From the NCBI GenBank assembly GCA_965140415.1, contig OZ223209.1, positions 288,001 to 352,000 on the forward strand: 64,000 nucleotides of DNA. The letters are read 5' to 3'. Shown here one piece after another: positions 30,910 to 40,212 of the stretch (positions within the stretch are counted from its first letter, which is position 1; each line of letters starts with the position of its first letter). This stretch comes from Myxococcota bacterium (GTDB lineage Bacteria; Myxococcota_A; SURF-8). Both the position numbers and the translations under genes were made by a program. The notes below the pieces were generated by a model that saw only the letters and a program-made list of their open reading frames with translations, ran no database searches and was not told the origin of the DNA.

Positions 30910-31052
30910 ACCAGGTATTATTCACTGGTTCTATGAATTTGTGCCATAGTCTTACACGATCCGAGATCGTGGAAGGCTGTGTGTTTTCTTATAGTTACAC
31001 ACGGCTTCCCGGAATCTCCATTCCGTTAGAACAGGCCACATCCCGATTACTC
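30907..31052. repeat. REPIN-like inverted REP doublet, family 2, copy 1
   Basis: Collinear and highly similar to 47308-47463. Confidence 0.9.
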
Positions 31053-31074
31053 CCTATAATGAATGATATCTGCT

Positions 31075-32637
31075 CTAGTTCTTGTTTGAAGCTTCCCGAT
31101 CGAGCAGAAAACGGATTCCATGGGTCAGACGTCCCAGGTTGATGGGTTTATGAACCCATTGGGCGTGGGCAAATCTCTTTGCTTTCAGGCTTTTTTCCAT
31201 CTTGGGATCACCTACCACAAATACAAACGCTTGATCGGCTTTGATTTTTCGGATGTCTTCGGCGATGCTGGCCGGATCGAGCATGCTGTGCAGATCCGTA
31301 TCGAAAATCACCAGATGGATTTCATCCTGCAATTGCTCGAACAAGGTGATGCCGTCTGCCGTGGTATTGGCGGGAATCACGCGGTATCCAAGGCGCGTCA
31401 AACTGCTTTGCAGCAAACTGCGTACCACTTCTTCCTCGCTGATCACCAGTACGCTTTCTTCGCCCCGCAACGGTTTCTCGCGTTCTTCCTCGTGTTTTTC
31501 CATCGCGGGGGTATGTCGAGGCAGCATGATACTGACCGTGGTGCCTCCATCGGAACCCATATCCACGAAAACCCGTCCGCCGTGACTGCGAGCAATGACA
31601 TCCACCATGGAGAAGCCGAGACTGAAGGGATCTTTGTTCGGGTTATTACTGAATTCGTAATCGAGCAATGACTTCAAACTCTCTTCATCGATTGCTCGCC
31701 CCGTATCGGAGAGACAAATCAATACATGCTTACCGGCGGCCAGACCGCGCTGCGACCATTCATCGCCTTCGCGTACCACTTCCGCACGGGTCGATAATGT
31801 CACTTTGCCTTCGGTCATGGTGTCATTGACGTTGATGCACAGATTCAGCATCATCTGCTGAATTTGCGCCGGATCTCCCTTGATTTGCAGGCTGTGCGAA
31901 CTGATGCGCTGCAATAAGCGGATCGAGGTCTTCATCGTGACGAGCATGATCTTGTAGACGTATCGCACCACGGAATTGATATCGAAGATTTCGGTGACTT
32001 TCGTGCGCTGACGCGAAAACTGCAACAGTTGTTGAGTCAGATCCGCTGCACGAACGCAACTGTCCTCGATAATCTGCGAATATCCCGCTAAGGTTTCATC
32101 ATCTTCACAAAGAGCGTGAATCAAGTTGGCGTATCCCAGGATGCCGGAAAGCAGATTGTTGAAATCATGCGCGATGCCACCGGCCAGACTGGCAACAGCT
32201 TCCATGCGTTTGGCATACACCAGATCCTGTACCAGGGAATTGCCGTCTTGGGATTGATTTAAACCGATCACCCGCCTTACCAGAGCGGGGAGGATCAAGG
32301 TCCAGTTGTTATCCAGAACCAGGTAGCTGACCGCGCCATGGTCCAAAGCCAGGGGAACTCGGCTGATATTGCCGGGTTCGACCAACACCAATACGGGAAC
32401 ATCCGCCAATTGTTCCGACCATTCCAGGGCTTGCCGATCGATTGGATTTGTGGAATTTTCCAACACGACCAGAGCCAGATCGGCGGGAGAAACCGAGACT
32501 TCGTCGGTGATTGCTTCCAGTGAAGATACGGGGATCAGCGATAGGGATTCCTGGACATTACCCAGAACCAATTCGCAGGTCGATACGAATTCCTTATCCG
32601 CTCCAACAACCAGAATACGCCACTCAACCTGTTTCAT
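31075..32637 (-). CDS. CckA-like hybrid histidine kinase (REC-HisKA-HATPase-REC) with degenerate ATP-binding motifs
   Basis: H-box LAGGIAHDFNNLL is intact. G1 reads DTGRA and G2 reads PFSLGF. Confidence 0.8.
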   Translation of the reverse strand: MKQVEWRILVVGADKEFVSTCELVLGNVQESLSLIPVSSLEAITDEVSVSPADLALVVLENSTNPIDRQALEWSEQLADVPVLVLVEPGNISRVPLALDHGAVSYLVLDNNWTLILPALVRRVIGLNQSQDGNSLVQDLVYAKRMEAVASLAGGIAHDFNNLLSGILGYANLIHALCEDDETLAGYSQIIEDSCVRAADLTQQLLQFSRQRTKVTEIFDINSVVRYVYKIMLVTMKTSIRLLQRISSHSLQIKGDPAQIQQMMLNLCINVNDTMTEGKVTLSTRAEVVREGDEWSQRGLAAGKHVLICLSDTGRAIDEESLKSLLDYEFSNNPNKDPFSLGFSMVDVIARSHGGRVFVDMGSDGGTTVSIMLPRHTPAMEKHEEEREKPLRGEESVLVISEEEVVRSLLQSSLTRLGYRVIPANTTADGITLFEQLQDEIHLVIFDTDLHSMLDPASIAEDIRKIKADQAFVFVVGDPKMEKSLKAKRFAHAQWVHKPINLGRLTHGIRFLLDREASNKN

Positions 32638-33023
32638 GGTTTTGTACCCATACAGAAATTTACCATAATTATATCAGATTATAATACTGTTTGCAACAAA
32701 AACTGGCATGAAGTAAATTTTGGGTGAATGCATTTTATTGAGTGATTTTTGGGGATTTACTTTTTCTCACCCGATTTCCCGTCATCCCGCTGACGCTCGT
32801 AGCGCTACGTAGAAAGATCGCACCGGCCAGCCTTCCCGGTCGAGACCGCTAACTCACCCATTTAACTATATAAGCCCGGACTTACATTGCAGAGCGGAAC
32901 CGGCTGCATTGGTACGATTTACAAAATTTTGACACCCTATAAAGCAATTCAACATTGCCAGATAGCTCGATTGCTGGTATGATACGCATTCTGGGGTGTT
33001 TAATTGCAGCGGCTAAATCCACA

Positions 33024-34418
33024 ATGAGTCGAAAATATAAAATTCTGGTTGTTGATGACGAACCAACCGTCCGAACGGCTATCGCCAGTTATCTGCGTAC
33101 CTTCAATTTCGAAGTTGAAGAAGCGGAAGATGGTGAATTTGCTAAAGATCTTTTAGGCAAAGCCCACTTCGACCTGATCGTGACCGATGTCACCATGCCA
33201 CGTTTCGACGGTCTCCAATTGACTGCGTATGCCAAGGAGCACAATCCACAGGCGGAAGTCATCGTCATTACCGGCTACGGCACAATTGAAATGGCGGTCG
33301 AGGTCATGAAGCGCGGAGCCTTCATGTTCCTGCAAAAGCCCATCAAGCTGCCGGATTTAAAAGATCAGGTGGAAAAAGCACTGGGTCTGATGCTCGACAG
33401 CAACTTCACGGCCAGTTCCATTCGCAATAACGTGGCCAAAGAGGGGGTCATCGGTCGACTGGTTAAAAGCGACGATGCCAAAATGACCGAACTGTTCAGC
33501 ATCGCCAAGGTGATTGCTCCCACCGATTCGACGGTATTGATTACCGGTGAAAGCGGTACCGGAAAAGAGCTGTTGGCGCAATACATTCATTTCAACAGCG
33601 GTCGTGCCGAAGGCCCCATGATTCCGATCAATTGCGGAGCCATTCCGGAAAGCCTGATGGAAAGCGAATTCTTCGGGCATGTCAAAGGAGCCTTCACTGG
33701 CGCAGTCAACGCCCGCAAAGGTCGCCTGAGGCTGGCCGATAACGGCACGCTCTTTCTGGATGAGGTCGGCGAATTACCGCTGCACATGCAGGTCAAGCTG
33801 CTGCGCGTATTACAGGAAAAAAGCTTCGAACCGGTCGGCTCCAGCAAATCCGAAAATTCCGATTTTCGCGTGATCGCGGCCACCAATAAAGACCTGGAAA
33901 AAGCGGTACAGGAAGAACAGTTCCGCGAGGATCTCTATTACCGTCTCAACGTCATCCCGCTGCATCTGCCGCCGCTACGGGCGCGACGCGGGGACATCAT
34001 GAAGCTGGCCAACTATTTCGTCGATCGGTTCAACAGGGAAAAGAACTGTCGGATCAGCGGTTTCAGTGACGATGCCGGAAACGTGCTAAGCGCTTATTCC
34101 TGGCCGGGAAACATTCGCGAACTGGAAAACATCGTAGAGCGCATGGTGATCATTCATCAGCGCGGTTTGATCGAAGTGGAAGACTTGCCCCAGAAAATCC
34201 GCAGTGGGTCATCCGTGAAAGCCCCCACCAAAATGGAAGACGAGGAAATCCCGGATAACGGCATCAACTTCGCCGATGAAGTGGATCGGCTGGAACGCAA
34301 GTTGATCGGGTTGGCCTTGCAACGCACGGGCGGCAACCGCAACCAGGCGGCAAAGATTCTGAACTTGAATCGTACAACACTCGTCGAAAAAATCAAAAAG
34401 AAGAAAATAGAGATTTAG
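33024..34418 (+). CDS. Sigma54-dependent NtrC-family response regulator
   Basis: REC domain, GESGTGKE, GAFTGA, LFLDE, WPGNIRELEN and a Fis HTH. Confidence 0.95.
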   Translation: MSRKYKILVVDDEPTVRTAIASYLRTFNFEVEEAEDGEFAKDLLGKAHFDLIVTDVTMPRFDGLQLTAYAKEHNPQAEVIVITGYGTIEMAVEVMKRGAFMFLQKPIKLPDLKDQVEKALGLMLDSNFTASSIRNNVAKEGVIGRLVKSDDAKMTELFSIAKVIAPTDSTVLITGESGTGKELLAQYIHFNSGRAEGPMIPINCGAIPESLMESEFFGHVKGAFTGAVNARKGRLRLADNGTLFLDEVGELPLHMQVKLLRVLQEKSFEPVGSSKSENSDFRVIAATNKDLEKAVQEEQFREDLYYRLNVIPLHLPPLRARRGDIMKLANYFVDRFNREKNCRISGFSDDAGNVLSAYSWPGNIRELENIVERMVIIHQRGLIEVEDLPQKIRSGSSVKAPTKMEDEEIPDNGINFADEVDRLERKLIGLALQRTGGNRNQAAKILNLNRTTLVEKIKKKKIEI

Positions 34419-34478
34419 AGCAGATACTGTCCACTTCTGCTCATCGAGTAATCGAGATGTCTCATGGCCTCACGGTGT

Positions 34479-34563
34479 GTGGCATGGGCCAAGCGGAGAA
34501 AAACGAAGCTTGCCCATGTGGCTCTCGAACACAGGCAAACCTGCGGTTTAGCCCGCGCCCCCC
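34479..34563. repeat. REPIN-like inverted REP doublet, family 1, copy B
   Basis: GTGG-CATGGGC(C)AAGC-loop-GCTTGCCCATG plus an inverted second unit. Confidence 0.85.
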
Positions 34564-34610
34564 TGAAATCAACTATAGGAGTTATTATCCATTATTCGCG
34601 ATGTCTTACT

Positions 34611-34663
34611 GTAGCGGCGAGGCGTAAGCCCGCCGTTTTCAATATGCTTTTCAGCGCCACTAC
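34611..34663. repeat. GTAG-type REP with an inverted partial partner
   Basis: GTAG-CGGCG(A)GGC-GTAA-GCCCGCCG ... CGCCACTAC. Confidence 0.65.
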
Positions 34664-34684
34664 AGGAAAAACCTTGTAATCGCT

Positions 34685-35920
34685 TCAGTGAATCCGGGGG
34701 GTGGGATCGTCCTCATCGTCATTCGAAGGATGCTCGGGATCTACCCATTGCAAGCGCTTCAATGGTGAACTGGACGGTGTTTCTTGACTGCTTTGCCGTG
34801 TCGTTTCCATGGGATTACGTCGTTCGGAACGATTCAAGCTGGACAGGCTGGAAACGTTTTGTTCCTGCCGATTCGGAACCAACTGAAGATGGCCGGTACG
34901 CCGTAGCGGTTGCGGTTCATTAAGCGAGCGAAGCGTCCGGTCCATGGCTTGCTCTTCCGCTTCCCATGCATCCATCTTCTTCTTCCTATCGCGCCGCCGT
35001 TTGAAATAGCCCATTAAAAACAGGATGGAAGCCACCGTCCAGACCGTCGTTCCCGACATGATCAGCGGAATCCAGTTGTAATTCATTTTCAAACTGGAAA
35101 GCCACTTTATTTCGATCTCGTTCTGGGTTTTGCCATAGGTTTCTTCCAATGCGGAAGCGAACGCTTCTCCTTTTCCCAGGCGCTTGAAGAAACGATGAAA
35201 TTTCTCTTCTCCGAATTCTCCCACCATGTAGTTCACGAACTCGAAGCTCTGATCGTAGGCCAGGTGCACATCCATGGGATTGGAAGGAAACCTCTGAGTC
35301 AGATCGTCCATCGGCATCAAGCGACCGGAAATCAACGCTTTACTTAAACGCAAGGCGCGTTCCAGTTCGAACTGTCTGGCCTGCCACTGCGCCAGCCCCT
35401 CGACGAACCATTTCGGCATGGGATTGTCGCCTACGACGTTTCGCAGAATGATGTGCGACATTTCGTGGCGAAAGGTTTCCATCAGATCGATGGCCTGCCC
35501 CTGCGATCCCGCCTGCCGAAGCAGAACCACATTAAGCCGGGTATAGGCAATGCCCGCCACCCAGTCGGGCACTCGACGTCCCCCCGGCTGCATCGTCTGG
35601 AAATCCTTGCCGTTTGCGGCCAGATACACGCGAGTTTTTCCCGGCGGATCGACGCCGATCTCGGCGACCAGTTGAGCGCGAATCGATTCTGCCTGAGCCA
35701 TGATGGCATCGGCGCGGGTTTTGCCGCGTTGTGGGAAGGTAAATAGATAATGCTCGGTTTCATTTTCCGCATAGCCATCGGGAAGTTGGATCGAAGTGCT
35801 GGATAATTCATGACTTTCCAGAACTCGTTCCCGTAGCGGTCCTTCCGGTGCCTGTTCGGCCATCACCGATGGAACGACCCCGAGACTCATGAAAGAGAGG
35901 AATATGATGAGTAATGACAA
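34685..35920 (-). CDS. Peptidase MA-family metallohydrolase, membrane anchored
   Basis: HEMSH zinc motif, PKWFVEGLA, AYDQS and a C-proximal TM helix. The start may be ATT 35953. Confidence 0.85.
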   Translation of the reverse strand: MSLLIIFLSFMSLGVVPSVMAEQAPEGPLRERVLESHELSSTSIQLPDGYAENETEHYLFTFPQRGKTRADAIMAQAESIRAQLVAEIGVDPPGKTRVYLAANGKDFQTMQPGGRRVPDWVAGIAYTRLNVVLLRQAGSQGQAIDLMETFRHEMSHIILRNVVGDNPMPKWFVEGLAQWQARQFELERALRLSKALISGRLMPMDDLTQRFPSNPMDVHLAYDQSFEFVNYMVGEFGEEKFHRFFKRLGKGEAFASALEETYGKTQNEIEIKWLSSLKMNYNWIPLIMSGTTVWTVASILFLMGYFKRRRDRKKKMDAWEAEEQAMDRTLRSLNEPQPLRRTGHLQLVPNRQEQNVSSLSSLNRSERRNPMETTRQSSQETPSSSPLKRLQWVDPEHPSNDDEDDPTPRIH

Positions 35921-35988
35921 GATGTTGCGCTTTAATCGTTTCGGATGGAAAATGATCGCTCCTTACTGCGAGGAAAAAAATAACCGGC

Positions 35989-36285
35989 TTAGGCCACTTC
36001 TAAAATAGAGGCTGCTGTTTCCGGCTTTATGCCCACAATCCGAATCCGCTTGCGCCGCGAGCTGCTCCCGGCTTCAAGTTGCACCGCCTGTTTGGGAACG
36101 CCGAACCGTTTACTGAAAAAAGCGATCAGTTCCTTATTGGCCGCTCCATCCACCGGCGGAGCTTTCAAGCGGACTTTCAAGCGACCGTCATGCTCGCCGA
36201 TGACTTCGCTTTTCGAAGCGCGCGGCTGTACCAGCACTTCCAGCAGTACGTCGTTTTTTTCTTGCCGCAGCCAGTCGCGGCTCAT
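35989..36285 (-). CDS. yggU: DUF167 / YggU family protein
   Basis: VQPRAS, LKVRLKAPPVDGAAN and GSSSRRK. Confidence 0.9.
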   Translation of the reverse strand: MSRDWLRQEKNDVLLEVLVQPRASKSEVIGEHDGRLKVRLKAPPVDGAANKELIAFFSKRFGVPKQAVQLEAGSSSRRKRIRIVGIKPETAASILEVA

Positions 36286-36287
36286 AC

Positions 36288-36842
36288 TCAGTTCTCCTCG
36301 GAAAAGGCGTCGCCGCTTTCCTCTTCATCTTCTCGTTCATACGAGTCGAAGGAATCTTCCTCATGTTGCTCGATGGACTGCGCCGAGCGCCGCTCCTGTT
36401 CGTTTAACGCATCCAGCATTTTCAAATGCACTTCGATGGAACTGCGCAAAGTCGTTTCGAACTGGATTTTCTGGCGTTTCAAGTCGTGAATGTCACTGAT
36501 CAAATCCCTCCGACGCAGTTCCGCATCCTGCATAAAGCGTTCCGCTTCGACTTCCGCCTTGGAAATCAAAGCCTGCGCTTCGCGTTCGGCGATGGCCTTT
36601 AAATCTTCGCTCATTTTCTGAGCGGTTAAAAGCGTTTGTTTTAATGTCTGTTCGCGGTCGCGATGCTCTAACAAACGTTCTTCCAACTCGGACACGCGCC
36701 CTTTCAACTCGTTGTTATCGCGAACCAGTTCTTCCATTTCTTCGGAGACGAGTTGCAGAAATTCCTCGACTTCCTGCTGGTCGATACCCCGAAAGGAACT
36801 TTGAAAGCGTTTTTGTTTGACCTCTAACGGAGTCAGCTTCAT
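36288..36842 (-). CDS. divIVA: DivIVA domain protein
   Basis: MKLTPLEV...FRGIDQQEVEEFL followed by coiled coil. Confidence 0.92.
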   Translation of the reverse strand: MKLTPLEVKQKRFQSSFRGIDQQEVEEFLQLVSEEMEELVRDNNELKGRVSELEERLLEHRDREQTLKQTLLTAQKMSEDLKAIAEREAQALISKAEVEAERFMQDAELRRRDLISDIHDLKRQKIQFETTLRSSIEVHLKMLDALNEQERRSAQSIEQHEEDSFDSYEREDEEESGDAFSEEN

Positions 36843-37147
36843 CAGAAACCTCCCTTCAAGGATCGGGCGTAATCGAACAGGTTCGCCACCAGGGCGTATT
36901 GCAGAAAGTAGATGATGCCCAGCGCGACCAGCGGGGTAAAGTCCAAACCGCCGACATTGCGCAAAAAGGGCAGGTAGCGACGCAATTTTCTGAACAACGG
37001 CTCGGTCGCGCGCATCAGGATACGAACGATCGGATTGTATGGATCGGCGTTCACCCAGGAGATGATCACGCGACCCAGCACGATAAACATGTAAACCTGT
37101 AGAAACATGTCCAACACGCTAGCTATTCCAAAAAGAACGTTTGCCAT
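36842..37147 (-). CDS. yggT: YggT family membrane protein
   Basis: ISWVNADPYNPIV, TEPL and LDFTPLV. Confidence 0.92.
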   Translation of the reverse strand: MANVLFGIASVLDMFLQVYMFIVLGRVIISWVNADPYNPIVRILMRATEPLFRKLRRYLPFLRNVGGLDFTPLVALGIIYFLQYALVANLFDYARSLKGGF

Positions 37148-37171
37148 GATCTTTATAACCTCCCGGTTTTC

Positions 37172-37867
37172 TTAAGTATGATAGTTTCGCGGTCCGAAAA
37201 TATCCGTACCGATGCGCACCATCGTTGCGCCTTCCTCCACCGCTGCTTCCAGATCGGTGGACATGCCCATCGACAATTCCGGCAGCGCCAACCCGCTATC
37301 TTGCCGCAGCTTTTCTGCCAACAGGCATAAGCGCTTGTGGAAGGGCCGAATCAATTCCGGGTCGTCGTAAAAGGGCGGTATCGACATCAACCCCAACACC
37401 CGAACGTGTTCGAGCCCAGTTGCCGTTTCCAATAATTCCGCCGCCTGCTTTTCCGATACGCCGCCTTTGCTTTCCTGCTCGCCGACGTTGATTTCCAGCA
37501 GGCAATCCGTCACGATATCCAACGCCGCGCTGCGTTTTTCGATTTCACGCAGCAGCTTTGGGCGATCCACCGAATGAATCAGCTCCACCTGTCCCACGAT
37601 CTGCCGCACCTTGTTCGATTGCAGCCGTCCGATAAAATGCCAGTGCACCGTGTTTGGACATTGCGGCTTGATTTCCAATAGTTCCTGGGCGTAGTTCTGC
37701 GCGATTTCCATCTGCCCGGCTTCAATCGCTTCCAGTACGCGTGAGGCAGGCTGCGTTTTGGCGACAGCCAGGAGACGTACCGATTCCGGAGCGCGTCCGG
37801 CTTTTTCGCAGGCCCGTTGGATGCGTTGCTGCACCTGTACCAAATTGGCAGCCACGTCTACACTCAT
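37172..37867 (-). CDS. yggS: PLP homeostasis protein YggS
   Basis: LLAVAK, WHFIGRLQSNK, LSMGMSTD and VRIGTDIFG. Confidence 0.95.
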   Translation of the reverse strand: MSVDVAANLVQVQQRIQRACEKAGRAPESVRLLAVAKTQPASRVLEAIEAGQMEIAQNYAQELLEIKPQCPNTVHWHFIGRLQSNKVRQIVGQVELIHSVDRPKLLREIEKRSAALDIVTDCLLEINVGEQESKGGVSEKQAAELLETATGLEHVRVLGLMSIPPFYDDPELIRPFHKRLCLLAEKLRQDSGLALPELSMGMSTDLEAAVEEGATMVRIGTDIFGPRNYHT

Positions 37868-38439
37868 AACGAAACTCCCACTTTCTTCAGCAGTTCCAGG
37901 GTTTCGGTCAATGGTAGACCGATGACGTTGGTGTAGGAACCGTGTACGCTCTCTACCATCGCGCCGCCTTCACCTTGAATGGCGTAGGCTCCGGCTTTGT
38001 CGTGCGGTTCGGGAGTGGCGACGTAGCGCCGGATGCTCGCTTCGCTCAACGCCCTGAACGTAACCGGAGTACTTACGACCTGTTCGTAGCAGCTTCGATC
38101 CCGACCCAGTACACAAATACCGGTAAATACGACATGCGTTCGACCCGATAGCCGTTGAAGCATCTTCACTGCATCTTCCGGATCGCGTGGCTTACCGAGA
38201 ATATCGTCATCCAGGGTAACGATTGTATCCGCCGCCAGAATCGGCGCGCCCGATTCGTGATCGCCACGATCGAAGGAAGCCTGGGCTTTTTCGCGCGCCA
38301 GCCGACGCACGAAGGCTTCGGGCGTTTCACCTGACTTCAGGCTTTCATCGATGTCCACCGGACGAATATCAAACTGCAACCCCGCCGAAGTCAATAGGCG
38401 TTTGCGGCGAGGGGATTGTGAGGCCAGAATCAACATCAT
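37864..38439 (-). CDS. maf: Maf nucleoside triphosphate pyrophosphatase
   Basis: LILASQSPRR, AADTIV, LGKP, DKAGAYAIQG and NVIGLP. Confidence 0.95.
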   Translation of the reverse strand: MMLILASQSPRRKRLLTSAGLQFDIRPVDIDESLKSGETPEAFVRRLAREKAQASFDRGDHESGAPILAADTIVTLDDDILGKPRDPEDAVKMLQRLSGRTHVVFTGICVLGRDRSCYEQVVSTPVTFRALSEASIRRYVATPEPHDKAGAYAIQGEGGAMVESVHGSYTNVIGLPLTETLELLKKVGVSL

Positions 38440-38624
38440 CGTTCTCTTTTACTTCTGCATGGTTGCCAACATTTGCGCTCGATTTTGCATTGAACATGTA
38501 AAATCAAGGCGCATTATTATAGCCAGCAAGCGCTTACAAGTCAACGAAACATAGAAATTCCAATAGTTTAAAAGACATTCCAAGCAGGCTCGATCTTGCG
38601 GGAGTTTGAACTTTTTTCCGTTAT

Positions 38625-38645
38625 ATAGGACAGACTATGTCCATA
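38625..38645. promoter_or_regulatory. Candidate WYL-regulator operator
   Basis: ATA-GGACA-GACTA-TGTCC-ATA palindrome about 80 bp upstream of the WYL start, in the divergent intergenic region. Confidence 0.65.
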
Positions 38646-38727
38646 GTGGGGTTGTCAAGCGTATTCGGAAGGGATAGGCTTATTCTTGATACGAAAAGAT
38701 ATCGCGCATTTTTACGGGAGGGATATC

Positions 38728-39786
38728 ATGACAACGGGGCGTCCCAAGGGGAAGTATACACAAGCCTATCGCCTGGTAAAAATCATGGAGATGCTGCAAA
38801 CCAAGCAGCAGGTCACGATCGGCATGCTGGTAAATGAGTTCGGTGTAAGTCGCCGAACGGCGAACCGCGATCTGGCGACCTTGCAGGAAACCTACTCCAT
38901 CGAAGAAGTCGGCCAACTGGATGACAAGCAGAAAATCTGGCGGCTATCGAGCAGAGGCGGTAGTGAGTTCATCAAGCTGAGCGTGATGGAAATGGCGGCG
39001 CTATTTATGGGGAAAAACCTGTTCAATTTCACGCGCGGCACGGCACTGAAGGACAGTATCGATTCGTTATACAGTAAAGTTTCTCATCGCTTGACTTCTC
39101 AACGCAGCGCCTACAGCGAAAACCTGGAATTCAAATTCTACTGCACCCCCGGCGCACCCAAGGATTACGCCCAGCGCGACGATCAACTGAACGAAATCGT
39201 TACCGGTCTGCTGGAGGAGCAGAAAGTGCGCGTGTTGTATCGACCGCCCAATCGCAAATCCTACGAGGTCGTGTTGCATCCCTGGACGCTGGTGGCGCAT
39301 CATAACGGCCTGTATCTGATCGCCTTTTCCGAACGTTCGCAAACCATTCGCACCTTTGCGGTGGAGCGCATTCTCGATGCGAACTGGCTGCGCGGGGAGT
39401 CGTTTCCTTTTCCCGAAAACTACGACCCTCAAAAATATCTGTCACAGGCCTTTGGAATCACGGTTGGCAGCCCTGCCGAAGTCGTTCTCAGAGCAGGACA
39501 GGATACGGTGGAATACTTCCAGCAGCGGCAATGGCATCACAGCCAACGTCTGGAAGAGAGTGCCGATGGAGTGACCTACATTCACTTGCAGGTTCCGCTG
39601 ACACCGGAACTGATTTCCTGGATTCTTTCTTTCGGTTCGAAAGTGGAAGTGCTGCGCCCGGAAAAACTGCGGCACCAGATCCGGCATATTATCGATGCTA
39701 TGGCTCGCCTTTATTCCGACGACGAGTCACCTGCCGGAGAGGAACAGGATTCCACCACTCACAGCAACAAGATCGGAACAACCTGA
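38728..39786 (+). CDS. HTH-WYL-WCX transcriptional regulator (DriD/PafBC-like)
   Basis: RBS GGGAGG. HTH 'EFGVSRRTANRDL', WYL 'HPWTL...LYLIA...RTFAVERI' and WCX 'WILSFGSKVEVLRPEKLR'. Confidence 0.93.
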   Translation: MTTGRPKGKYTQAYRLVKIMEMLQTKQQVTIGMLVNEFGVSRRTANRDLATLQETYSIEEVGQLDDKQKIWRLSSRGGSEFIKLSVMEMAALFMGKNLFNFTRGTALKDSIDSLYSKVSHRLTSQRSAYSENLEFKFYCTPGAPKDYAQRDDQLNEIVTGLLEEQKVRVLYRPPNRKSYEVVLHPWTLVAHHNGLYLIAFSERSQTIRTFAVERILDANWLRGESFPFPENYDPQKYLSQAFGITVGSPAEVVLRAGQDTVEYFQQRQWHHSQRLEESADGVTYIHLQVPLTPELISWILSFGSKVEVLRPEKLRHQIRHIIDAMARLYSDDESPAGEEQDSTTHSNKIGTT

Positions 39787-39868
39787 AACAATTCGGTTTA
39801 ATTGGAGGAGTTGCCATTCCCTTCGATGGATCGGGATTGCAATTCTAGAGTGGTAGCATCATTTTCCC

Positions 39869-39945
39869 GTAGGTCGGCTCCAGTGTAGCCGACAATTCTG
39901 AGCAAATGTCTAAAAATTCCCGTAGCAGCGGAGCGTAAGCCCGCC
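39869..39945 (+). repeat. Two tandem GTAG-type REPs
   Basis: TTCCC-GTAG-GTCGGCT-CCAGTGT-AGCCGAC and TTCCC-GTAG-CAGCGGAGC-GTAA-GCCCGCC. The second resembles the REP at 34611. Confidence 0.65.
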
Positions 39946-39962
39946 TTTTTATACCGGTTCTT

Positions 39963-40000
39963 AGTCATTTCTAGCCACGAATTTCAATAACGTGTGCCAT
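39963..40000 (+). repeat. Truncated family-2 element (5' flank only)
   Basis: Ungapped match of 29/38 (counted by hand) to 47321-47358, ending in TGTGCCAT. Confidence 0.55.
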
Positions 40001-40010
40001 CTATAATAGA

Positions 40011-40083
40011 GGGTCTAAGCCGCAGGCTTACCCGTGAGAGCCACATGGGCAAGCTCCGATTCCTTTCCGTTTTCCAAGCCCAT
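40011..40083. repeat. REPIN-like doublet, family 1, copy C (degenerate)
   Basis: CTAAGCCGCAGGCTTACCCGTG-AGAGCCACATGGGCAAGCTCCG aligns with copy A. Confidence 0.8.
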
Positions 40084-40212
40084 CTTAACATTCAATGACA
40101 CACCCAGTAGGGATATAAGGATATCCTGTCGCTCCTGCTTGACTTTCCCCCCATGGCTGCGGTAGGTTGTCTGCGATAGTTGAATTATATATTAGGAAGT
40201 AAGGGTAAAACG

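Noticed and set aside
32760-32910. Possible structured ncRNA between the hybrid kinase and the NtrC regulator
   Set aside because: Only short hairpins, no recognisable family and no second copy.
39787-40200. CRISPR array or defence system next to the WYL gene
   Set aside because: No regular repeat-spacer pattern and no cas, nuclease or methylase genes; the repeats are REP-like.
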